DNA of 64,000 bases from contig CAXXNO010000004.1 of the NCBI GenBank assembly GCA_963663235.2, positions 320,001 to 384,000 of the forward strand, in the 5' to 3' direction. The number at the start of each line of letters is the position of its first letter. The stretch's first letter is position 1. Origin of the DNA: Dehalococcoidia bacterium. GTDB taxonomy: Bacteria; Chloroflexota; Dehalococcoidia; Bin125. Shown piece by piece: positions 31,376 to 39,655 of this stretch. Position numbers and translations under genes: made by a program. The notes under the pieces are model-generated. The model was given only the letters and a program-made list of their open reading frames with translations. It was not told the DNA's origin and did not search any database.

Positions 31376-32065
31376 CTAGGTCTCGCGCGGCGCAGGGAAG
31401 ATCGACTCGAAGGCGCGCGCGACCGCCGCGCTCGCGGTGAGCTTGCCGCGCAGGCCCAGCGCCTGGACGCCCCGGGCGGCGGCGATCTCCGCTTCCACCG
31501 TGGCATCGGTCTCCGAGCCGTCCACCGCGGGGAGCCCGGCGGCCCGGGCGGCGAAGAGCACGGTGGCGCGCGGGTAGTCGAGGGCGTGGTCAGGGCCGGA
31601 GGCGGTGAGATCGAGCTCGGTGCGCAGCGCGGGACCGTCCAGGCCGAGCCAAGTGAGCCGGTGCGAGGCCCGCGCGATGTCGGCGGCGTGGACCAACGCC
31701 CCGGCGCTCGCGATCCAGCCGCCGAGGGCGGTGAGGCCCGGGGTGATGCCCGCGTTGCTCTCCGCCTCCTCCAGGGCGCTGTCCACGTACCGCAGTTGCG
31801 TGACGGCGAGGAGCCCGGGCACGGAAACGCCGTAGACACCCGGGATCAGGCAGCCGAGAAGATCGTCCCGGACGGCGCGCGTGGCCACGGGATGGACGTG
31901 CAGGTAGAGCCGGTGCCCGCGCTCGACGAGTTGGGCGGCGGCCCGGCGTGCGGCATCGCGGTCGGGCGGCTCCGCGGCGGAGAGATCGAGGAGAGTGGCG
32001 TCAGGCGTGACATCGGGGGGCCGCGAGCCCGGCGGCAGCAGCAGAAGGGATCGAACGGCGTCCAT
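31376..32065 (-). CDS. Degenerate CitE-like paralog
   Basis: Collinear with the downstream CitE (RSLLLLP, LDL, YPRATVLFAARAAGLPAVD, GLRGK) but catalytic and metal-binding residues are replaced. Confidence 0.75.
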   Translation of the reverse strand: MDAVRSLLLLPPGSRPPDVTPDATLLDLSAAEPPDRDAARRAAAQLVERGHRLYLHVHPVATRAVRDDLLGCLIPGVYGVSVPGLLAVTQLRYVDSALEEAESNAGITPGLTALGGWIASAGALVHAADIARASHRLTWLGLDGPALRTELDLTASGPDHALDYPRATVLFAARAAGLPAVDGSETDATVEAEIAAARGVQALGLRGKLTASAAVARAFESIFPAPRET

Positions 32066-32071
32066 CAGCGG

Positions 32072-33370
32072 CTAGGCCGCGACGCGCGACTCCAGCGCGG
32101 CGGCGTCCTTGTACGGGCCCACGACAGCGACAGCCAGATTGCCCGGCTGGACCACCCGCTGGGCGACGCGCAGGATGTCGTCGGGGGTGACGGCGCGCAG
32201 CGCGTCGACGATCTCTTCCACGGAGCGGATGCGGCCCTCCTGCAGCAGATCCTCGCCGGTGCGGAAGGCGTGCGAGAGCGCCGTCTCCAGGCTGAGCCGA
32301 AAGGCGCCGATGGCGTGTTCGCGGGCCTTGTTGAGCTCGTCGATGGGGACGGGCTCGCGGGTGAGGCGGTCCACCTCCGCGAGGATCACGTCGTTGGCCT
32401 CCAGCACGTTGTCGGCGGTGACGCCCGCGCCGATGGCCAAGTAGCCGGTATCGGACTGGCGGGCCAAGCGCGAGCCCACGGAATAGGCGAGGCCCCGGCG
32501 CTCCCGGACCTCGACGAAGAGCCGACTGCTCATGCCCGAGCCGAGCACGTCGTTGAGCAAGATGAGGGTGTAGCGGTCCGGATCCCGGCGGGGGATGGTG
32601 CGCAGCCCCAGCGCCAGGTTGCACTGCTCGATGTCGCGGTGCTCGACGCTCACCCGCTGCGGGGCCATGCCATCCCGCGCGGCGGCCGTCTCGGGGACCG
32701 GGCGGTTGGTCGCATCGCTCCAGGCGCGGGCGGCCAGCGCCAGGGTCTCATCGGGATCGACGTTGCCGGCCACCGCGAACACCGAGTTGGCGGGCTGGTA
32801 CCAGGTTGCGATGTGCTCCACCAAGTGGTCGCGGCGGACGGCGGCGACGCTCTCCAAGTCGCCGGCGATGGCCCAGCCGAGCGGCTGGTCGCCGTAGACG
32901 GCCTCGTTGAGGAGCTGGCCGACGCGCTGGGCGGGCTCGTCGTGGGCGTGACTGATCTCCTGCTGGATCACGGTGCGCTCGCGCTCGATCTCTTGGACGT
33001 CGAGGAGGGAGTGGCGCACGGAATCCACCAGGATGTCCATGGCCAGATCCAAGCGATCGAAGGGGACGCGGTTCCAGTAACAGGTCAGCTCTTTGCTGGT
33101 GAAGGCGTTGAGGGTTCCGCCGGCGCCCTCGATGGCGCTGGAGATCTCGAGGGCCGTGGGGCGGGACTCGGTGCCCTTGAAGAGCATGTGCTCCAGGTAG
33201 TGGGAGAGCCCCAGCGTCTCACGTCGCTCGGCGCGGCTGCCCACGCCCACGTAGATCGCCAGCGCCGCCGCCTGCGAGTGGGGCAGCGGTGTTACGACCA
33301 CCCGCAACCCGTTGTCGAGAGTCGTGATGTGTGAGGTGGTGTCGGCGGTAGACGGGGTCGCACGAGTCAC
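32072..33370 (-). CDS. M16 (pitrilysin) family zinc peptidase
   Basis: TTLDNGLRVV, VGSRAE, SHYLEHMLFKGT (HxxEH), NAFTSKE, GMSSRLFVEVRERRGLAYSV; GTG start inferred at 33370. Confidence 0.93.
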   Translation of the reverse strand: MTRATPSTADTTSHITTLDNGLRVVVTPLPHSQAAALAIYVGVGSRAERRETLGLSHYLEHMLFKGTESRPTALEISSAIEGAGGTLNAFTSKELTCYWNRVPFDRLDLAMDILVDSVRHSLLDVQEIERERTVIQQEISHAHDEPAQRVGQLLNEAVYGDQPLGWAIAGDLESVAAVRRDHLVEHIATWYQPANSVFAVAGNVDPDETLALAARAWSDATNRPVPETAAARDGMAPQRVSVEHRDIEQCNLALGLRTIPRRDPDRYTLILLNDVLGSGMSSRLFVEVRERRGLAYSVGSRLARQSDTGYLAIGAGVTADNVLEANDVILAEVDRLTREPVPIDELNKAREHAIGAFRLSLETALSHAFRTGEDLLQEGRIRSVEEIVDALRAVTPDDILRVAQRVVQPGNLAVAVVGPYKDAAALESRVAA

Positions 33371-33439
33371 GGCGGGCAGCGTAACACGCCGGCCGCGCCG
33401 AGGGCGGCTGTTGCTTTTGGGTGGGGGTAGGCTGCCGGC

Positions 33440-34336
33440 ATGGGAGAGCGCTTGCTGGAGGCCGCGTTCGTCTGGAACTGGAACTCGCTGGTGGGGTCGG
33501 TGCAGGGCGCGCTGCGCGCGCTGGGGGCCGAGCACGACGCTGCCTGGGTGAGCGGCACGCTGGGCGAGGCGTTTCGGGCGCCGGCGGCGTCGTTGCTGGA
33601 GGCCGAGGTGGCGTTCGCGCGCAAAGGGTACCAACCGCGATCCCTGGACGGCGTGGCGGCGTCGTTGGAGGCGCTGGGGTTGCACGTGCGGGTGGAGGAT
33701 CGGGACCCGGCGGAGCGCGGCCGGCCGCGCTTCCTGGGGCGCCGGATCCGCCGCCGGATCAACGACGGCTGCCCGGTAATCGCCTACGGGGCTGGAGTGG
33801 CTGATTTCGCGCTGATCGTCGGCTACGAGGACCGGAAAAAACGCTACCGCGTCAGCGGCCCGCTGACGGAGCAGGTCGGCGAGTGGCTGCCGTACGACCG
33901 TCTGCCCAGCGCCGGCGAGCGCCGTCTGCTGGTGCTGCTGCCGGAGCGCGCGCCGCCCGACCGCGAGGCGGCGGTGCGGCTGGCCCGCGGGCTGGCGCGG
34001 ACGGCGGAGTCGATCCCGGTGCTGGAGCGCTGGCGAGGGCTGCTGGAGAGCGATGCGCCGATCGACGCCCAGGGCCACGCCTACTGGGCGGCTGTCGTCA
34101 CGGCGGCCCGCAACGAGGCCGCCCGATTCTGGCGCGCCGCCGGGCTGGACGGAGTAGCGGACGCCTCCCAGCGCACGGCGCTGGCGCTGAGCCGCTTCAC
34201 CACCCTGTTTCCCTACCCGGCGGGCGGCGGCATCGACGCCGCCGGCGTGCGTGAGGTGGGGGCGGCGGCGCTGGGAGCGGCCATCGCGGCCGAGCGGGAC
34301 GCCCTTGCTACACTGGCCGCAGAGCGTCCGGGTTGA
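33440..34336 (+). CDS. Hypothetical protein, possible degenerate papain-like (C39/BtrH-type) fold
   Basis: RRRINDGCPVIAY...FALIVGYED resembles the C39-like core; catalytic Cys/His not evident. Confidence 0.6.
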   Translation: MGERLLEAAFVWNWNSLVGSVQGALRALGAEHDAAWVSGTLGEAFRAPAASLLEAEVAFARKGYQPRSLDGVAASLEALGLHVRVEDRDPAERGRPRFLGRRIRRRINDGCPVIAYGAGVADFALIVGYEDRKKRYRVSGPLTEQVGEWLPYDRLPSAGERRLLVLLPERAPPDREAAVRLARGLARTAESIPVLERWRGLLESDAPIDAQGHAYWAAVVTAARNEAARFWRAAGLDGVADASQRTALALSRFTTLFPYPAGGGIDAAGVREVGAAALGAAIAAERDALATLAAERPG

Positions 34337-34360
34337 CCGCGTCGTCGCGCGGAGGATCGC

Positions 34361-34615
34361 ATGGCCGTCTCCGTCAAGCTCGCGAGCACGCTGGTCAAAC
34401 TATCGCGTAGTCAGCAACCTGAGTTCGCGGTGGACCATCGAGACGGCATGACGGTCTGGGACCTGCTCATGGATGAGGGATTCCGGGAGCGGGATGCGGA
34501 GGCGATCGCCGCCATCATCAACGATGCGCAGGGCGATCACGACTCGGAGCTGCACGACGGGGATCGAGTGGAGCTGATCGTCAACATCCAGGGCGGGTCG
34601 GCGGCGGGCGCGTGA
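34361..34615 (+). CDS. MoaD/ThiS-family ubiquitin-like sulfur carrier with C-terminal extension
   Basis: GMTVWDLL, IIN, LHDGDRVELIVNIQGG followed by SAAGA; GGAGG RBS. Confidence 0.8.
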   Translation: MAVSVKLASTLVKLSRSQQPEFAVDHRDGMTVWDLLMDEGFRERDAEAIAAIINDAQGDHDSELHDGDRVELIVNIQGGSAAGA

Positions 34616-34634
34616 TCGCATAATCGCGGTCGCG

Positions 34635-34664
34635 TTGACACGAGTTCGGCAGGCTCGATAGGAT
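34635..34664 (+). promoter_or_regulatory. Putative promoter of pyrG
   Basis: TTGACA-N18-TAGGAT. Confidence 0.6.
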
Positions 34665-34733
34665 GCCGATTAGAACAGACGGTCGCATGTGGCCGCGATC
34701 GTTCGTCGAAGGGGAAGCGCAATCCCGAGGCAG

Positions 34734-36383
34734 ATGCCGAGATACATCTTCGTCACCGGCGGCGTCGTCAGCTCCGTCGGCAAAGGCATCACCAGCGCAT
34801 CCCTGGCCAAACTGCTCAAGAGCCGCGGGCTTAGCGTCACCGTCCAGAAGCTCGATCCGTACCTGAACGTCGACCCGGGGACGATGTCGCCGTACCAGCA
34901 CGGCGAGGTGTACGTGACCGCCGACGGAGCGGAAACGGACCTGGACCTGGGGCATTACGAGCGCTTCCTGGATCAGGACCTGACCGGGGCGTCGTCGGTG
35001 ACGATGGGGCAGGTGCATCAGGCGGTGATCCAGCAGGAGCGCCGGGGCGACTTCCTGGGGGGCACGATCCAGCAAGTGCCGCACATCACCAACGAAGTGA
35101 AGCGGCGCGTGCGGGGGCTGGCGAGCGACGCCGGCGTCGACGTGTTGATCATCGAGGTGGGGGGCACGGTCGGCGACATCGAGGGGCAGGCGTTCCTGGA
35201 AGCGATTCGCCAGATCCGCTCCGAAGAACCGCGCGAGCGCGTGCTCTCCGTGCACGTCACCCTGCTGCCCTACCTGCGGGCCACGCATGAGTTGAAGACC
35301 AAGCCCACGCAGCATTCGGTGCGGGACCTGCGCTCGGCGGGGGTCCAGCCGGACGTGATCATCGCGCGGGCGGAGATGCCGGTCGACAGCGCGGTGAAGG
35401 AGAAGATCGCGCTCTTTTGCGACGTGCAGCCCCGCGCAGTGATTCCCCTGGAGACCGCCGCCAGCATCTATCAGGTTCCGCAGATCCTGGAGGATGCCGG
35501 ACTCACGGATCTCATCCTGGAGCAGCTAGACGTGCCGGCGCGTGCGCGCGATCTGCGCCCGTGGCGGGACTGGGTGGGGGCCCTCCGCACACCCGCTCAT
35601 CAGCGCACGGTGGCGGTGGTGGGGAAGTACGTGGAGCTCCCAGACGCCTACCTCTCCGTGCGCGAGGCGCTGATCCACGCCGGAGTGGAGCGCCAGGCGG
35701 ACGTCGATATCCGCTGGGTGCAGTCGGAGGGGCTGGAGACGCGCGACCTGGAGGCCGAACTGGACAAGGTCGACGGCATCGTGGTGCCGGGCGGCTTCGG
35801 GGAGCGCGGAAGCGAGGGCGAGATAGCGGCGGCGCGCTACGCGCGCGAGCGCGGCACCCCGTACCTCGGGCTCTGCCGGGGCATGCAGCAGATGGTGATT
35901 GGCTTCGCCCGCGACGTTCTGCACCTGCCGGGGGCCAACTCCACGGAGTTCGACCCCGCGTCGCCGGACCCGGTCATCTCCCTGTTGGAGGAGCAAGAGG
36001 AGGTAGAGAACCTCGGCGGCACCATGCGGCTGGGACAATACCCGTGCCGGTTGCAGGAGGGGACGCGGGCGCGCGCGGCCTACGGAGTGGAGGCTGTGAA
36101 CGAGCGGCACCGGCACCGATGGGAGTTCAACAATCGCTACCGGGAGGCGCTGGCGGCGGCGGGCCTGATTGCGAGCGGGGTATCGCCGGACGGCACGCTG
36201 GTGGAGATCGCCGAGGTGGAGTGGCATCCGTTCATGGTGGGGTCGCAGTTCCACCCGGAGTTCCGATCTCGCCCCGGGCGGCCGCATCCGCTGTTCGCGG
36301 CGTTTCTGGACGCGGTCCTGGCGGCGCGGCCCCCTGCCGGCGGCGGAGCCCAGCGGACCGTGCCCTCGGAGGTGGGGTCGTAA
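34734..36383 (+). CDS. pyrG: CTP synthase
   Basis: YIFVTGGVVSSVGKG, DPGTMSPYQHGEV, KTKPTQHSV, PGGFGERG, GLCRGMQ, QFHPEF. Confidence 0.97.
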   Translation: MPRYIFVTGGVVSSVGKGITSASLAKLLKSRGLSVTVQKLDPYLNVDPGTMSPYQHGEVYVTADGAETDLDLGHYERFLDQDLTGASSVTMGQVHQAVIQQERRGDFLGGTIQQVPHITNEVKRRVRGLASDAGVDVLIIEVGGTVGDIEGQAFLEAIRQIRSEEPRERVLSVHVTLLPYLRATHELKTKPTQHSVRDLRSAGVQPDVIIARAEMPVDSAVKEKIALFCDVQPRAVIPLETAASIYQVPQILEDAGLTDLILEQLDVPARARDLRPWRDWVGALRTPAHQRTVAVVGKYVELPDAYLSVREALIHAGVERQADVDIRWVQSEGLETRDLEAELDKVDGIVVPGGFGERGSEGEIAAARYARERGTPYLGLCRGMQQMVIGFARDVLHLPGANSTEFDPASPDPVISLLEEQEEVENLGGTMRLGQYPCRLQEGTRARAAYGVEAVNERHRHRWEFNNRYREALAAAGLIASGVSPDGTLVEIAEVEWHPFMVGSQFHPEFRSRPGRPHPLFAAFLDAVLAARPPAGGGAQRTVPSEVGS

Positions 36384-36392
36384 GCGACGGCG

Positions 36393-36872
36393 GTGAGTGA
36401 AGACGAGGCGTTCCGCCTGGTGCACACGTTGTCGCTCTTTCTCTTCATGGCCGGCCTGGGGGGGACGCTGTTGCCCTTGTATCGCGCCTGGGGGAGTGCG
36501 GATGTGATGGCGCAGGCGCATCACTTTCAGGCGGCGGGCCGCAGCCAGGTGGGCGTGTTGCTGCCGGGGCTGATCCTGACAGGCGTGACGGGACTGATCT
36601 GGGCGATCCGCTCAGAAGTGTACGATCCGGTCGAGACGGGCTGGCTGCTGGCGGTAGAGGGGCTCTACCTGTTCGCCCTCTTCGTCTGCTTCCCGGCGAT
36701 GGCGGCGGGGCTCCGCCGGGCGCGCATCCTGGCGCTGCAAGCGTTCAAGACCGGCAAGATCAGCGCGGAGTTGGAAGAGACGCTGGCCGACCGCGGGCCG
36801 ATTGTGGTGGGGACGCTGTTAGTGCCGGTGGTGGCGCTGATGACCGCCTTGGCCGTAGTGAAACCGTTCTGA
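36393..36872 (+). CDS. DUF2269-like membrane protein
   Basis: Four hydrophobic helices, N-terminal H, TG..., GWL, and C-terminal VVKPF typical of this family. Confidence 0.65.
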   Translation: MSEDEAFRLVHTLSLFLFMAGLGGTLLPLYRAWGSADVMAQAHHFQAAGRSQVGVLLPGLILTGVTGLIWAIRSEVYDPVETGWLLAVEGLYLFALFVCFPAMAAGLRRARILALQAFKTGKISAELEETLADRGPIVVGTLLVPVVALMTALAVVKPF

Positions 36873-36900
36873 CCCGCGGCGGGACGGAAAGGGGATAGCG

Positions 36901-37578
36901 ATGCGTATCTTTTTGGACACCGCCAACATCGATGAGATCCGCACGGCGGTCCGCTGGGGCGTCTGCGCCGGCGTCACGACCAACCCGAGCCTGTACGCCA
37001 AAGAGAGCGGAACCGGGGTCGCTTACCGCGATCGGGTGGTGGAGATCGCGGAGGTGGTGGACGGTCCCGTATCGGCGGAATGCGTGAGCCGCAGCGCGGA
37101 CGAACTGGTGGCCGAAGCGCGGGAGATCGCGTCCTGGCACGCCAACGTGGTCGTGAAGATTGCCATCGATGCGGCTGGGCTGGAGGCGATCCACCGTGTC
37201 AGCGCCGAAGGCATCCGGATCAACACCACGCTGATCTTCTCCGTCAACCAGGCGCTGCTGGCCGCCAATGCGGGCGCCGCCTTCGTCAGTCCCTTCATCG
37301 GGCGGCTGGACGACACCGGCCAGGACGGGATGGCGATGGTGCGCGAGCTAGTGGAGCTCCTGGACCGCTACCACCTGCCCACACAGGTGATCGCGGCCAG
37401 CATCCGTCACCCGCAGCATGTGTCCGCGGCGGCGGCGGCGGGGGCACACATCGCCACAGTGCCCTTCAAGGTGCTGGAGCAGATGGTCCAGCACCCGCTG
37501 ACGGACCGCGGCAGCGCGTCATTCTTGGCCGACTGGGACCGGGCGCAGGCGGAGGTGTTGGGTCGGGTCTCCCCCTAG
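36901..37578 (+). CDS. Transaldolase / fructose-6-phosphate aldolase family
   Basis: FLDTAN, GVTTNPSL, VVKI, NTTLIFS..QA, VSPFIGRLDD, AASIRHP, HPLTD. Confidence 0.93.
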   Translation: MRIFLDTANIDEIRTAVRWGVCAGVTTNPSLYAKESGTGVAYRDRVVEIAEVVDGPVSAECVSRSADELVAEAREIASWHANVVVKIAIDAAGLEAIHRVSAEGIRINTTLIFSVNQALLAANAGAAFVSPFIGRLDDTGQDGMAMVRELVELLDRYHLPTQVIAASIRHPQHVSAAAAAGAHIATVPFKVLEQMVQHPLTDRGSASFLADWDRAQAEVLGRVSP

Positions 37579-37718
37579 GGGTCGCCGACTTCGCTTGCGC
37601 CGCGCGGGCCGCGCGGTTACGATTAAGCGGTAGACGCGGGCGGTTGAACCGCGTCGGAGTCTTCCCTTCTTGGTGACCTAGGCCGCCGCAGACGCCAGCC
37701 GGTGCAGGGTCCACTGCA

Positions 37719-38987
37719 TTGAACATCGCCGAACTCGAAGCACAGACACGCGACGACCTGCTGGACCAGGCGAAGGCCATGGGCGTGAACGGCGCCACCG
37801 GCCTGAAGAAGCAGGACCTGATCTTCCGCCTGCTGCAAGCCCAGAGCGAGCACGAGGGCAACATCTTCTCGGGCGGCGTGATTGAGATCGTCGACGACGG
37901 GTACGGCTTTCTGCGAGGCGAGACGCTGTTGCCGTCCAGCACGGACGTGTATGTGTCGCAGTCGCAGGTGCGGCGCTTTGGGCTGCGCACCGGGGACTAC
38001 GTCACGGGCCAGGTGCGGCCGCCGAAAGAGGGGGAGAAGTACTACGGGCTCCTGCGCGTGGACCTGGTCAACGGCATGGACCCGGAGGAGGCCAAGCAGC
38101 GGCCGTTCTTTGAGAACCAGACGGCGATCTTTCCGCGAGAGCAGTTCATGCTGGAGACCGACGACCCCAGCAATCTGTCGGGCCGGCTGATTGATCTCAT
38201 ATCGCCGCTGGGCCGGGGGCAGCGGGGCCTCATTGTGTCGCCGCCGAAGGCGGGCAAGACGATGCTGCTCCAGAGCATCGCCCACGGGATCACCGAGAAC
38301 TACGAGAACGCCCATCTGATGGTGCTGCTGGTGGGCGAGCGCCCGGAAGAGGTCACCGAAATGCGCCGCTCGGTTCGCGGCGAGGTGGTGGCGTCCACGT
38401 TCGACGAGCCGATCGAAGATCACACCCGCGTCGCCGAAATGGCGCTGGAACGCGCCAAACGGCTGATGGAGTGCGGCCGCGACGTGGTGATCCTGGTGGA
38501 CTCCATCACCCGCCTGACGCGGGCGTACAACCTGGAGATGCCGACCAGCGGGCGCACGCTGTCCGGCGGGATCGACCCGATTGCGCTGTATCCGCCCAAG
38601 CGGTTCTTTGGCTCCGCGCGCAAGGCGGAAGAGGGCGGCAGCCTGACGATCATCGCTACTTGCATCGTGGATACCGGCAGCCGGCTGGATGACGTGGTCT
38701 ACGAAGAGTTCAAGGGGACCGGCAACTGGGAGGTCCACCTGGACCGCAAGCTCTCGGAGCGCCGGATCTTCCCCGCCATCGACATCGTCCGGAGCGGCAC
38801 CCGCCGGGAGGAACTGCTGCTGGAGCCGGAGATCTTGCAAAAGGTCTGGCTGCTGCGACGGATGATGTCCGTCCTGGCCGGCAACAACTCCGGCGCCACG
38901 GAGCCGACCGAGCGGCTGCTGGAGCGGCTGAGCCGCACCAAGTCAAACGCAGAGTTCCTGGCTTCCCTCACCACCGCGGACGCCTAG
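37719..38987 (+). CDS. rho: Transcription termination factor Rho
   Basis: DGYGFLR, DVYVSQSQ, GRGQRGLIVSPPKAGKT, ERPEEVT, DSITRL, EEFKGTGN, SGTRREELL; TTG start. Confidence 0.97.
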   Translation: MNIAELEAQTRDDLLDQAKAMGVNGATGLKKQDLIFRLLQAQSEHEGNIFSGGVIEIVDDGYGFLRGETLLPSSTDVYVSQSQVRRFGLRTGDYVTGQVRPPKEGEKYYGLLRVDLVNGMDPEEAKQRPFFENQTAIFPREQFMLETDDPSNLSGRLIDLISPLGRGQRGLIVSPPKAGKTMLLQSIAHGITENYENAHLMVLLVGERPEEVTEMRRSVRGEVVASTFDEPIEDHTRVAEMALERAKRLMECGRDVVILVDSITRLTRAYNLEMPTSGRTLSGGIDPIALYPPKRFFGSARKAEEGGSLTIIATCIVDTGSRLDDVVYEEFKGTGNWEVHLDRKLSERRIFPAIDIVRSGTRREELLLEPEILQKVWLLRRMMSVLAGNNSGATEPTERLLERLSRTKSNAEFLASLTTADA

Positions 38988-39628
38988 TCGCCGCGCGGCG
39001 CCAGCACGTGCACAGCGGTGTGCTCCGGCAGCGAGCTGGGCGTGACGTTGATGTGGTTTTCGACCGTGGCGGGCTTCTCGGCGCCCATCTCCTTGAGGAA
39101 CGGGTCCAGGTTGTCCAGCGGCTCTGTCTCCGGACCGACGCGGTAGAGCATCGGGATCACGAGTCGCGGTTCCAGAGCGCTGATGATCTGCGCCGCGAGG
39201 GGGGCATCCATGTGCTCCCGGCCGCCGATGGGGACCAGGACCACGTGCGCCTGGCTCAGCTCCTCGATCTGCGCCGCTCCCGGCAGCGCCCCGAGATCGC
39301 CCAAGTGGGCGATGACGACATCGTCGATCTTGATCACGAAGGCGAGGTTGCGGCCGCCCGTCGCGCCTTGGCGCTGGGGCAACGACGTGGGCACGCCGGT
39401 GAGCAGGATGTTGCGGATCTCGAACTCACCGGGGGCATCCAACTTCCTGGGGCTCCCGGCGACGCCCTCCACCCAGGCGTACCCCGGAGCGGAGTTGGAG
39501 ACGGTGACGACGTCGGCCTGGGGGCGGTTCAGGTGGAAGCCGGTGCTTGCGGGGCAGGGGTCGGTGACGACCGCGACGTCGCGTCCGCGCAGGCGAAACG
39601 CGGCGTGCCCGATCCAGGCGATGTCCAT
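38984..39628 (-). CDS. Metallo-beta-lactamase-fold protein with degenerate metal motif
   Basis: WIGHAAFRL, DP, PGEFEI, HLGDLG, VPIGG, PRLVIPM match the family; the HxHxDH position reads SNSAPGY. Confidence 0.75.
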   Translation of the reverse strand: MDIAWIGHAAFRLRGRDVAVVTDPCPASTGFHLNRPQADVVTVSNSAPGYAWVEGVAGSPRKLDAPGEFEIRNILLTGVPTSLPQRQGATGGRNLAFVIKIDDVVIAHLGDLGALPGAAQIEELSQAHVVLVPIGGREHMDAPLAAQIISALEPRLVIPMLYRVGPETEPLDNLDPFLKEMGAEKPATVENHINVTPSSLPEHTAVHVLAPRGD

Positions 39629-39655
39629 CGTCGGCTATTCTCGGTGGAGACGCGC

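Noticed and set aside
34613-34623. Sec read-through of the TGA ending the MoaD/ThiS-like gene
   Set aside because: Another stop (TAA) follows within three codons, no SECIS-like hairpin is evident, and the position does not match a Cys site.
37579-37718. Riboswitch or attenuator in the rho leader
   Set aside because: Only a short GACGCGG/CCGCGTC hairpin; no recognisable aptamer consensus, so insufficient evidence.
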